DNA of 64,000 bases, from positions 10,501 through 74,500 of the IMG/VR virus record IMGVR_UViG_3300036783_000170, one strand, 5' to 3'. The translations under genes were made by a program, and so were the position numbers. The number at the start of each line of letters is the position of its first letter. Within the stretch, counting starts at the first letter, position 1. Of this stretch, positions 40,819-50,194 are shown in pieces. The notes under the pieces were generated by a model. The model was given only the letters and a program-made list of their open reading frames with translations. It did no database searches and was not told the origin of the DNA. Source of the DNA: a virus. Its lineage: Duplodnaviria; Caudoviricetes.

Positions 40819-41598
40819 ATGGGCAGACCTGCTGGACCACGCGCGACTCGTCAGTGCGAAGCATGTGACGCAAAGTTTGAGGTAGTTCCCTCCTCGAAGC
40901 AGCGCTTCTGCGGAAAGTTGTGCTCAAACAAGGCGACAGCGCAACAGCGTGGCGCCAATCGGCGTGCGGAAGCTCGCTATAAGCCCCCAGTCTGTCCCTG
41001 CGGAACAGAGATCAAGCCTCCGCCTGGGATGAAGTACGTCTACGAGAACAGCAAGAAGTACTGCTCGAAGGAGTGTCGCCAGCAGTACGGTCGGCCGACG
41101 AACGTGAAAAATCCGGCAAACCATATCACCTTTACGTGTCAGAACTGCGGCAAGGAGAAGACGCGTCCGAAGGGCTACGGGGCCAACAAGTACTGCTCGA
41201 ACGACTGCGCCAAGCGACACACCAAGGTCCGCCGGCACGTCGTCGTCCGCGAGGGCGACATCGTGATGGATTCCAGCTGGGAGGCCCTCGTCTGGGGACT
41301 CTGCAGGTTCCGCAAGCTACCGATCGACCGCTTCGACCGGGAGAACGGCGTGGAGTGGCGCGAGGGCCAGTGGTACGCGCCGGACTTCATCTTGCCGACG
41401 GCCGGCATCGCGCTGGAGGTCAAGGGCCAGCAGGACTCCGAGGACCACCTGAAGTGGGCGGCGTACCGCGAGCAGCACGGGCTGCTGGCCGTCCTCGGAG
41501 AGGTCGAGCTGGACGCCCTGAGGCTGGCTGCCGGTAGCTCCGTATCGCTCCTGGCTCGTCTCCGGGAGATCGCGACCCAGCCCGTCACGGGAGGTTGA
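40819..41598 (+). mobile_element. Free-standing Zn-finger + PD-(D/E)xK endonuclease (putative homing endonuclease)
   Basis: Repeated CxxC / (F/Y)CSxxC fingers; MDSSWE...YAPDFILP...LEVKG. Confidence 0.75.
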
Positions 41599-41635
41599 AC
41601 GACACGCCCGTTCGCTCGACTCTCGGCGCACCCCC

Positions 41636-41663
41636 TTGAGCCCCTCTCGATCGTCTGTACGCT
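41636..41663 (+). promoter_or_regulatory. SigA-like promoter
   Basis: TTGAGC-N16-TACGCT upstream of ATG 41693. Confidence 0.45.
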
Positions 41664-41692
41664 GTCTGCATCCGATCTGTAGGAGGGCACCC

Positions 41693-42841
41693 ATGCCTGT
41701 CGAGTCCCGAGACGTACTGATCACCGTGTCGCCGCAGGTGCTGGCCGACTTCACCGAGGCGCGAGACGAGCTGAGCGAGGTCGGCGAGCCCGACGCGAGG
41801 TCCCTCAACCAGTGCGACGCCGTCCCGCACCTCAAGGTCATCCCCTGGAGCAGCGAGGTGATCCAGGACGTGTCGGAGAGCAGCCTCCTGGAGGACGACC
41901 CGCTGGAGCTGGAGGCGGTCTGGCAGCGGCTCCGCGACCTAGCCGCCATCGTCCAGGCCGACGCAGGAGGGTACGTCCCCAAGACCTACCGGGGGCTCGC
42001 CGGCCTGGAGCGGCTGCTGCTCTCTGACGAGCAGTGGCACGAGCGCTGGGAACTCCGCGAGCGGGCCGTGCGCGAGGGCATCTGGGAGAAGGTCCACCCG
42101 CAGGTCAAGAGGTTCTGCGAGGTCATGCTCGCCGCGATGAAGGAGGAGGGCGACTGGAAGCTCGTCCTGAGCCCGTCACCGGAGCCGGCCAGAGAGGCAC
42201 CGGCCGCCGAGTACGAGGGCTACGAGGTAGGGCCCGAGTCGTTCCCCCAGCTGGCGGGTCCGATGGGCCCCGACTCCTCCGTCCTCGATGAGTACTGGAG
42301 CAGGCTGGCCTGGAACCGACTGATCGCCAGGGCCGACAGGGAGAAGATCCCCCTCCGCGACCTGGAGGACATCCCCCGCACGCTGCAAGGGCTGGCGGAG
42401 CTGGAGTGGCGCGTCTACGACGCCGAGACCTTCCTCAAGCTGTACCGGCTCCGGATGGACGGGGCCATGGGCTCCGTGAACCTGGGGAACGGCGACGTGA
42501 TCCTGCGTAACCTGCTGATGAGGCAGCTGATGGAGCTGGCCATGCCGGCCGAGCTGCTAGCCGAGGCCACCCAGGACCAGCGTCAGCACTTGAAGCCTGC
42601 AGGCAACGTGGGGCACGCCCCCGAGGCGGAGGGCGGCAAGCGGGTCACCTACAACATGTCCGGTCGTGCGGTGGCCGCCCTCGACAGCTGCGCGGCGCTC
42701 ACCGACGCCAACGACACCCAGATCCGCGACCAGGCCGTGACCCTGCTGGCAGACGTGCTGGAGGCGCAGGCGGCCGGCGGCGGCATCTGGATCCAGCGCC
42801 GACCCGGTGACGAGCGCGAGCGAGTGAGGGTCTACCTGTAG
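41693..42841 (+). CDS. Hypothetical protein with C-terminal ribbon-helix-helix-like domain
   Basis: KRVTYNMSGRAVAALD...DTQIRDQAVTLL. Confidence 0.55.
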   Translation: MPVESRDVLITVSPQVLADFTEARDELSEVGEPDARSLNQCDAVPHLKVIPWSSEVIQDVSESSLLEDDPLELEAVWQRLRDLAAIVQADAGGYVPKTYRGLAGLERLLLSDEQWHERWELRERAVREGIWEKVHPQVKRFCEVMLAAMKEEGDWKLVLSPSPEPAREAPAAEYEGYEVGPESFPQLAGPMGPDSSVLDEYWSRLAWNRLIARADREKIPLRDLEDIPRTLQGLAELEWRVYDAETFLKLYRLRMDGAMGSVNLGNGDVILRNLLMRQLMELAMPAELLAEATQDQRQHLKPAGNVGHAPEAEGGKRVTYNMSGRAVAALDSCAALTDANDTQIRDQAVTLLADVLEAQAAGGGIWIQRRPGDERERVRVYL

Positions 42842-42857
42842 AGGCGCGAGCACAGAG

Positions 42858-42890
42858 GAGCCCCGACCCACGAGAGGGTCGGGGCTCTTT
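42858..42890. terminator. Rho-independent terminator between convergent genes
   Basis: GAGCCCCGACCC-N6-GGGTCGGGGCTC-TTT. Confidence 0.8.
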
Positions 42891-42894
42891 GGTG

Positions 42895-44515
42895 CTAGCA
42901 GCAGCCGCAGCCCGGCCTCGGCTGGGTCGGGCACTCGTGGACGTGCGCGCCCCCCTCGCCCCCGCACGCCTCGCACTCGCGGCCGTCGAGGCACCAGAGC
43001 GCGGCGTTCAGCACCGCCAGCCGCTTCTCCAGTGGCTCGGTGCGGAGCGGGTGCTGGCCGTCTTGGAGGATGTCGTCCAGCTCCCCGATGACGCCGCGCC
43101 GCCGCTCTTCGAGCACCTCACGCTGCTGGGAGACCTCCCCGTACGGCATGTCCTGCATCCTCTGCATGAGGAACACTCCCTCCGTGTCGGTCACGACGAC
43201 CACCCCCCGACGAAGTCCCACCCGGGGCCGATGTCCTCGGGCTTGAGGGGGAACTGCGTGACGCCACTGCTCATCTCCCAGGGGTTAGAGACGGCGACCT
43301 CGAGGTCGAGGATCGGCAGCGCCCTGGCCTCGCCGGCCTCCACTCGGGCGACGCCGTGCAGGTGCTCTTCTCGCTGCTGGATCAGCGTGTCCTGGTCGTC
43401 GGGGCCGCCGGACCACGTCTGACCGCAGGTGCAGTCCATCGCGACTCCCTCGCGCCCTTCGTTGAACGTGCCTCTCACGCGACTCACGGCGTGTGTGGGT
43501 CCTGGGTCCGGCCAGACCCCGACGCGTTCTTGTCGGAACTGGCGCTCCTCGACCTCCTCCGGCGAGTAGAACTCCTCGTCCGGGTCCATCTCCGGTGCGT
43601 ACTCGATCATGTCTTGTCCTCTTCTCGCCTGTGGGTTAGCAGTCCAGGTCATCGAGGGCCGGGTCTCGCCACCGCGACCTCCAGTGGATCAGTCCCCGCT
43701 CCAGTGCCTGCTCATACTCCTTGACCCTCTTCGCGGTGCGTGGATGGCGGTACGGGACGCGAGTCGCGCCGTAGTAGAAGCTCGGGATGCGGCCGGGGGT
43801 GTCGTCGCCTCCACGCCAGATGTAATCGGTAGGGATGCCGCCTACTGCGTCGCTGATCGCCACGACGCCCTTCCTCACCCTGCTGGACTCGCAGTAGATG
43901 CAGCCGCCGTCGGCGCAGATGATGTCGGGCTCGGGCCAGCAGACCTTGCGGGGCATCAGACGATCCCTCGTACGCGCACGCTCATCCTCGCTTACTTCGG
44001 CGGGTAGCTGTGCCGGCGGGCCCAGCCCTCGGGCGTGGGCAGGTCGTAGAGGCCGTCCTCCTGCGCCAGGCGGGTCATCTCGGCCAGCACCTCCTGCTGT
44101 TGGGCGTGCTCTTTCCGGCGTTCGAGAGAGAGGATCCGCCAGGCCAGGATGGTGCCGACGTGCTGTCCGGTCATCTTGGCTATCTTGACGTGCATGACTC
44201 CCGACCGTATGGCGTCGGCGACCGCGTCGTGCAGCTCGTTCTCCGCCCGCGTGTAGGCGTAGTCGGCCTGGCGGACCCGCTTGACGGCCTGGAGCTGCTC
44301 TTCGACTGCCTCGTCTTCGGCACTCATCGCTGCTCCTCGAACTCCTGGCGAGTGCCGAACCAGATGGCGTCGTGCTCGGTCCAGTGCGCGTCCGCCGAGG
44401 CGACGTACTCCTGCTTGGTGCCGTCGGCCTCGGTGACGTTGACGTAGACCTCCCAGCGGGACTCGGTGATCACGACCTTCTGCGGCGCCTTGATGACGGT
44501 GATGTCGACGCTCAC
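42895..44515 (-). CDS. Leftward block of five small hypothetical ORFs
   Basis: 42895-43221, 43191-43609, 43636-43956, 43992-44327, 44324-44515; GC3 bias on the minus strand. Confidence 0.6.
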
Positions 44516-45360
44516 GAGAAGACCACCCTGAACATCTCCTCGCTACCGACTGGCTTGAGCCAGACCTCCTGGGCGTTGGTGACCGTGTCGGTGATCTGGA
44601 TGCTCCGGTTGATCGTCTCGGTCTGGCTCCACTCCATGCGCTGGGAGAGCCGCTCCTTGGCCTCGGCGGAGCGCCGGGTGAGGTTCAGAGTGACGCGCTT
44701 GGTGACCTGGTCCATAGGTGTCTCGCCCGTGGTCGACTTGGTCGGGGCCTTCGGGTAGATCATGTCGATGAAGTGGCCGAGCGAGCCATCCTCAGTCCTG
44801 ATCAACATGCCGATCAGGTCGGTATGTAACTCCTGAGCCCACCCCAGCAGGATGACGCCGGCCTGCTCGCGCAGGGCCGTCAGCGCTCGGTCGTCGTGGA
44901 CGCTGGCGTCGTAGATACGACGGCTCTTGACGAGCAGCTCTGGCTGGTCACTGGCGTAGGCCACCAGCTCCGCCTCGCCTCTCATCAACGGCGGGTCGGG
45001 CTGGTGGTCGTGGATACTGAGCCGGGTGCGCGCCTCAGAGAACGGGGACATCACCTTCGTTACGTGCGCCTTGACACCCTCTTTTGGCGGGAACGGATCC
45101 CGGTAGAGCCTCCCGGCCTCGTCGACAGATAGAAGGACGGCATTCAACTCGTCTGGGTGGTCTATCCTCCACTGGTCTAGGACTGCCTCTAAATGCTTGA
45201 ATGCGCCGTCGACGGTCTGGTTGATCTCGTCCCAGTGGAACCGCTGGTTCCTGACCACTGCTCCGAAGCCCGCGACGTACGCCACCAGCTCGACCTCTCG
45301 GGGCACTAGCGGCGGATCCGTCTTGTAGTGGGGGATGAGCACTTCTTCTTCGACAGGCAT
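44512..45360 (-). CDS. Protein with an internal duplication and C-terminal RHH-like domain
   Basis: DPPLVPREVELVAY / DPPLMRGEAELVAY; KRVTLNLTRRSAEAKERL...SQTETINRSI; start MPVEEEV after SD GAGGAG. Confidence 0.6.
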   Translation of the reverse strand: MPVEEEVLIPHYKTDPPLVPREVELVAYVAGFGAVVRNQRFHWDEINQTVDGAFKHLEAVLDQWRIDHPDELNAVLLSVDEAGRLYRDPFPPKEGVKAHVTKVMSPFSEARTRLSIHDHQPDPPLMRGEAELVAYASDQPELLVKSRRIYDASVHDDRALTALREQAGVILLGWAQELHTDLIGMLIRTEDGSLGHFIDMIYPKAPTKSTTGETPMDQVTKRVTLNLTRRSAEAKERLSQRMEWSQTETINRSIQITDTVTNAQEVWLKPVGSEEMFRVVFS

Positions 45361-45446
45361 GCAGCTCTCCTCTGGCGTCTGATACATCTTTGGTACATCG
45401 ATAGTATGCATGATCGACGCCAGAGGCAAGAGCTTCCTTGTAGTGG

Positions 45447-45707
45447 CTACGCCTGGCCCATCTCTTCTCGGGCCCGGCACTCCTCCGCGAACCTGACGAG
45501 CTGCTCCAGCTCGGTCGAGCTGAGGGTGAACGACCGGATCCCCCACTCGTCCCGGCACAGCTCGACCTGGTCGCCCACGATCTTGACGTGCATCAGGGTG
45601 TCGTAGAAGCGGCCCGGCGTCCGGATCTCGGCGGACCGGGTGATCTGTCGGCGGGTGATGGTGTCCGGCTGCGCCGGTCGCTGAGTCTTGCGAGTGAGCC
45701 AGCCCAT
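45447..45707 (-). CDS. Small hypothetical protein
   Basis: SD GGAGG; leftward dyad/-10 promoter upstream. Confidence 0.6.
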   Translation of the reverse strand: MGWLTRKTQRPAQPDTITRRQITRSAEIRTPGRFYDTLMHVKIVGDQVELCRDEWGIRSFTLSSTELEQLVRFAEECRAREEMGQA

Positions 45708-45744
45708 ATATTCCTCCATACGTATATAGAGTCGAGTCGCTGAT

Positions 45745-45768
45745 ATTGTACTCTAAAGATGTTTGGAG
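45745..45768 (-). promoter_or_regulatory. Early-type promoter (leftward; divergent junction)
   Basis: Minus strand reads CTCCAAACATCTTTAGAG TACAAT; dyad 17/18 identical to the one at 16567. Confidence 0.7.
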
Positions 45769-45799
45769 TTATACCCGCCGGAGAGCAGGAGATCAAGAG

Positions 45800-46465
45800 A
45801 TGATGGGTTACAGCCACAGCCTCAGTGGGGCCGCCGCCTGGCTCGCCGCCGCGCCGGTGGTCGCCCTGGTCGCCCCCATGGGCCCCAGGGAGGTGCTGAT
45901 GGGCGCCGTGGTGACCGCAGGAGGCGCGCTGCTGCCCGACCTGGACTCGGTGGGGTCCACGGCCTCCCGGGCGCTCGGAGGCGCCTCGCGGGGCTTCTCG
46001 CGGCTCGTACGGCACGCCAGCGGCGGGCACCGGCAGGGCACCCACTCGCTGCTCGCGGCCGGCCTGATGGGGCTGCTGGCCCAGCTCGGGGTCGTACTGG
46101 GCTTCTCCTGGGCGCCGGTCGCGCTGGTGCTCTGGGTCGGGCTCCGGGGCCTCAAGCTCCTGCGGTCCGCCAAGACGGTGCTGCTGGCGTTCGCGGCGTG
46201 CGTCGCGGGGGTCGTCGGCCTGCACTACGCGGGGGTCGGGATGTCCTGGGTCGGGGTCGCGGTCGCCCTGGGCGCGCTGGCGCACCTGGTGGGGGACGCT
46301 CTCACCCCGGAGGGGGTGCCGTTGATGTGGGCGCCGTGGCACCGGCGGGCCCGCCGGTACACGCTGTCGCTGTTCACCACGAACACCTGGCCGGAGCACC
46401 TCGTGGTCACCCCGATACTGGTCGTCGGCATCCTGCTCCTGGGGCGGCTCAGCCTCGTAGGCTGA
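45800..46465 (+). CDS. YdjM-like membrane-bound metal-dependent hydrolase
   Basis: HSLSG, LLPDLD, GHRQGTHSLL, HLVGDALT..GVPL..P; multiple TM segments. Confidence 0.88.
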   Translation: MMGYSHSLSGAAAWLAAAPVVALVAPMGPREVLMGAVVTAGGALLPDLDSVGSTASRALGGASRGFSRLVRHASGGHRQGTHSLLAAGLMGLLAQLGVVLGFSWAPVALVLWVGLRGLKLLRSAKTVLLAFAACVAGVVGLHYAGVGMSWVGVAVALGALAHLVGDALTPEGVPLMWAPWHRRARRYTLSLFTTNTWPEHLVVTPILVVGILLLGRLSLVG

Positions 46466-46489
46466 TGCGTATACCCACCAGGAGGAAAG

Positions 46490-47353
46490 ATGATCAAGCT
46501 GCTGCTCGCCGCCCTGATGGCGGTCCCCCAGCTCGTGCCCCACGCCGCGCCGGCACCGGTCTACGGCTGGACCGTGGACGACGTGTCCGGCGTCTCTCAG
46601 GTCGTCGCGTCGCTCCAGGCGTCGCCGCGCCGACTCACCACCCGCGTGGTGCTGGACCCGGGCACCACCCCCGCCGACTACCGGCCGGCGATCGCCGCCA
46701 TGCACCCGTACTCGGCGCTGATGGGCGAGCTGGTGGACTCCGAGTCGATGGCCGGTACCTCGGTCGCCGCGTACCGCAGCAGGGCGTCCTCGTTCGTCTC
46801 CGGGCTGCCGCTGGTGGACGTGTGGGAGGTCGGGAACGAGGTCAACGGCGACTGGACCGGCTCGTACCCCTCCGTGCAGCAGAAGGTCGACGCCACCTAC
46901 CAGGTGGTCGCGGCGGCTAGCAAGCCGGCGGCGCTGACGCTCTGGTACAACCCCGGCTGCAAGGGCAGCTCCCGGGAGCTGGACCCGGTCTCGTTCAGCC
47001 AGCAGTACGTCACCCCCGCCACCCGGCAGGGCCTCGCGTACGTGTGGGTCAGCTACTACGAGACCGAGTGCAACAGCTACCGGCCGACCGCCGCCGTGCT
47101 CACGTCGCTGTTCACCCAGCTGCACCAGCTCTACCCGGGCGCGCTACTGGGCTTCGGGGAGGTCGGGCTGCCGAGCAAGGCCGGCACGAGGACGCTCGCG
47201 ACGGCGCGGTCGATCATGTCGTACTACTACGGGCTGCACGTCGACGCGCCCGGGTACGTCGGCGGGTACTTCTGGTGGTACGGGCGCGAGGACCTTGCCC
47301 CCACTAGCAAGCCGCTCTGGTCGACCTTCTCGGCGGCGGTCCAGCAGTACTAA
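46490..47353 (+). CDS. Secreted TIM-barrel glycoside hydrolase-like protein (clan GH-A)
   Basis: Signal peptide MIKLLLAALMAVPQLVPHAA; WEVGNEVNGDW (acid/base NE); GFGEVG (nucleophile); GGYFWWY. Confidence 0.6.
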   Translation: MIKLLLAALMAVPQLVPHAAPAPVYGWTVDDVSGVSQVVASLQASPRRLTTRVVLDPGTTPADYRPAIAAMHPYSALMGELVDSESMAGTSVAAYRSRASSFVSGLPLVDVWEVGNEVNGDWTGSYPSVQQKVDATYQVVAAASKPAALTLWYNPGCKGSSRELDPVSFSQQYVTPATRQGLAYVWVSYYETECNSYRPTAAVLTSLFTQLHQLYPGALLGFGEVGLPSKAGTRTLATARSIMSYYYGLHVDAPGYVGGYFWWYGREDLAPTSKPLWSTFSAAVQQY

Positions 47354-47371
47354 GGATTCTTATGGTATCGT
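47348..47371 (+). promoter_or_regulatory. Early-type promoter
   Basis: tactAAGGATTCTTATGG TATCGT. Confidence 0.7.
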
Positions 47372-47828
47372 GGCATCTCCGCCATGAGAGGAGAGCCAAT
47401 GAGCCGGGTGACCGTGACAGACAACGGCAGCAACCTGACCATCGATGACGAGACCTTCGAGATCATCACCTACATCCACCAGAGGCGAGGCGCCAGGATC
47501 GAGATCAACGCGTACAGGGTCGACCTGGACGCGTTCGCGGACGAGGAGAACGACGACTCCGGGACGCTCACGCTGGACATGAGCCGCGCCCAGTTCAAGC
47601 ACTTCCTGCTCGCCTGCCTCGACAAGCTGATCGACTGATGGCCGTCGTGGACGACGAGCCGATGCCGGCGTGCGGCTACCGGTACCTAGTGAGCTGGTAT
47701 AGGCGAGACGGAGACGGCCCGTGGATGAAGACCTTCCAGACCACCGACGAGATGCTCGCCTTCGTCGCCGAGACGGCGAGCGAGGCGATGGAGTTCACCG
47801 TCTCCTGTCTGTACGAGGATGAGGTCGA

Positions 47829-48671
47829 ATGAGCGAGTCCCGGGCCCCGTCGTCGTGGCGGGCCGAGAGGATCGGGCCGATGGTCCCGTTCATGCCGGAC
47901 TCCTCCACGCAGCGAGTCGCCGCCTCCGGGATGATCCTGCGGGTGATGGCCGGCTCGGCGATCCACGGCACCTCGATCGGCGGCAGCGACCGGGACGAGA
48001 TGGGCGTCTGCGTCGAGCCGCCGCAGACCGTAGTCGGCCTGAAGAGGTTCGAGCAGTACCAGTTCCGCTCGCAGCCGCAGGGGGTGGTGTCTGGCCCTGG
48101 AGACCTGGACCTCACGATCTACGGGCTCCGCAAGTACGCCGCGCTGGCCGCGCAGGGCAACCCGACGATCTTGTCGCTTCTGTTCACCCGAGACGAGCAC
48201 ACGCTCTACGCCACCGGGATCGGCGACGACCTGCGGCAGCGCCGCGCCATGTTCCTCTCCCGGCAGGCCGGCGCCCGGTTCCGGGGCTACCTGGAGTCGC
48301 AGCGGCGCGGGCTGATGGGCCTGCGCTCCGGAGGCAGCCGTAACCAGGGCCGGTCCGACATCCGTGAGAAGTACGGGTTCGACACGAAGTTCGCGGCGCA
48401 TATGGTCCGGCTGGGGCTACAGGGGGTCGAGCTGCTCGCCACCGGCGAGATCAGCCTCCCGGTGCCCGAGCCCGATCGCACCTGGCTGCTGGAGCTGCGC
48501 CGGGGCGAGCACACCAAGCAGGAGGCGCTGGCCCGCGCCGAGCACCTGGAGCACCAGATCGACGGGCTGATGCGCTCCGACGAGTCCCCGCTCCCGGAGC
48601 AGCCCGCCTGGGACGACATCAACGACTGGCTGGCAGCCGTCCACCGCCAGCACTGGGGGTGGGATCGGTGA
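47829..48671 (+). CDS. Pol-beta superfamily nucleotidyltransferase (PF10127/RlaP-like)
   Basis: AGSAIHGT...SDRDEMGV (GS-DxD), D.TIYGLRKY..LA.QGNP.IL.LLF, FDTKFAAHMVRL..QG.ELL. Confidence 0.85.
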   Translation: MSESRAPSSWRAERIGPMVPFMPDSSTQRVAASGMILRVMAGSAIHGTSIGGSDRDEMGVCVEPPQTVVGLKRFEQYQFRSQPQGVVSGPGDLDLTIYGLRKYAALAAQGNPTILSLLFTRDEHTLYATGIGDDLRQRRAMFLSRQAGARFRGYLESQRRGLMGLRSGGSRNQGRSDIREKYGFDTKFAAHMVRLGLQGVELLATGEISLPVPEPDRTWLLELRRGEHTKQEALARAEHLEHQIDGLMRSDESPLPEQPAWDDINDWLAAVHRQHWGWDR

Positions 48672-49091
48672 TCGGCGCCCTCGTCATGCTCGCGTGGCTG
48701 ACCCTCGGCGTCGTCATGTACCGGCTCTGGTGGTGCGGCGTCGACGGCCAGTACCGCTGGCGCGACCTCGCCGTGTTCTGGGCCTGGTGGGTGCTGCTGT
48801 GGCCGCTGGCGTACGGGTGGGAGATCGGTAGCCGGCTGCCGCTGGCGTGGCGAGAGTACTGGCGCATACACAGAGAGACGGGTCGATGGCTATGAGGAAG
48901 TGGACTGGCTCTACTAGCGCCGCTGACTGGGTGCGCCATAACTACGGCGTGCCGGCGCGGCGATTCAGTCAGGTCCGGGTCGACGGGCACCTCGGTCGGA
49001 TCACCTCGTTCGACCCTCCGTACATCAACGTCCGGTTCGAGGGCGAGAGGCGCTCGCAGCCGTGCCACCCGAGCTGGCGAGTGGAGTACCT

Positions 49092-49604
49092 ATGAGGCCC
49101 GTGATCCTCGGCGAGGCGCCGAGCAAGAGCGGCGACCGCTACTGGCAGTTCCCCCTGTCGGGCGCGGTCGGGCAGCGTCTGTGCGAGTGGGCTGGACTGG
49201 AGCCGGAGGCCGGCGGGAGTAGGTACGGCCGCTACTACTGGCCGCTCAACGAGGCGTTCGAGCTGCGCAACCTGCTGGAGCGCTACCCAGGACCGCAGGG
49301 GCGCGGGGCCGCCCTGCCGATGGGGCTTGCCCGGTCGGCGTGGGAGGAGCTGGAGCCGGCGCTCGCGGGGAGGGTGCTCGTCGTGCTCGGCTCTCGCCTC
49401 CGCGAGGTCGTAGGGATAGACCCGACCTTCTACGAGTGGAACCTGATCGACAGGAAGGACCCAGGGTGTCCCCGGGGGTTCGTCCGTGCCTGCGCTATCC
49501 CCCACCCGTCCGGTCTGAACCGGGCCTACAACGCCGAAGAGGCGAGGGCTAGGGCCTCCGCGACGCTCCGTGAGGCGCTGGACATGACGAGCATTGTGCT
49601 CTAA
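49092..49604 (+). CDS. Uracil-DNA glycosylase superfamily protein
   Basis: ILGEAPS, VLVVLG, IPHPSGLNR motifs. Confidence 0.7.
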   Translation: MRPVILGEAPSKSGDRYWQFPLSGAVGQRLCEWAGLEPEAGGSRYGRYYWPLNEAFELRNLLERYPGPQGRGAALPMGLARSAWEELEPALAGRVLVVLGSRLREVVGIDPTFYEWNLIDRKDPGCPRGFVRACAIPHPSGLNRAYNAEEARARASATLREALDMTSIVL

Positions 49605-49638
49605 GGATCCTTGTAGTATCGTGGATCTTGCCAGAGAG
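49599..49638 (+). promoter_or_regulatory. Early-type promoter
   Basis: CTCTAAGGATCCTTGTAG TATCGT ... GCCAGAGAG (49630). Confidence 0.8.
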
Positions 49639-50194
49639 AACCACACAGAGGAGACCACGATGAGCATCCGCTGCGGGAGCTGCAAGGACCGTCACGACAC
49701 CGTCGGCGACGTTCGCGACTGCTTCGCCGAGGCCGCCCACTGGAACGAGGTCGACTCGGAGGCCAACTACCTCGCCGAGGCCGCCGCCGAGAACGCCTGG
49801 CTGCGCCACGCGGAGGACGCCGGCTGGCAGGAGGCGCTACTGGATCGGGCCATGGAGGACGCGCGCGGCGTCGTCCAGTTCGAGGACGCCTACGCGATGG
49901 CGATGGGCGAGCTGTGAGCGCCTACCAGGTCATCGTGGAGACCGACCACCAGCCCCGTGAGTTCGTCCTCAGCGAGTTCATCGGCCCCGAGGACATCGCC
50001 CGCGACGCCGCCGACCAGGAGGTGCTGCGGGTGCTGTCCGACCCGCCGGAGGGTGTCACCAACGCGTACGCGCACCGCAGGCACTACTGAGAGAGCCGAG
50101 GCCACCCTGGGTCGGAGGGGTACCCAGGGTGGCCTCCTCATGTCCACGGTAGCGCGAGCGCCCGAAGGTGCAGGACCCCCTCGGACGGAGAGCC

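Noticed and set aside
40722-41640. Group I intron carrying the endonuclease in the MCP gene
   Set aside because: The MCP appears complete with a normal C-terminus and stop; no second exon or intron core was seen.
82-49612. GGATCC core as simple BamHI sites or a cloning artefact
   Set aside because: Many copies deviate in the core (AGATCT, GGATTC, GGAGCC) yet keep the flanking symmetry and -10 spacing.
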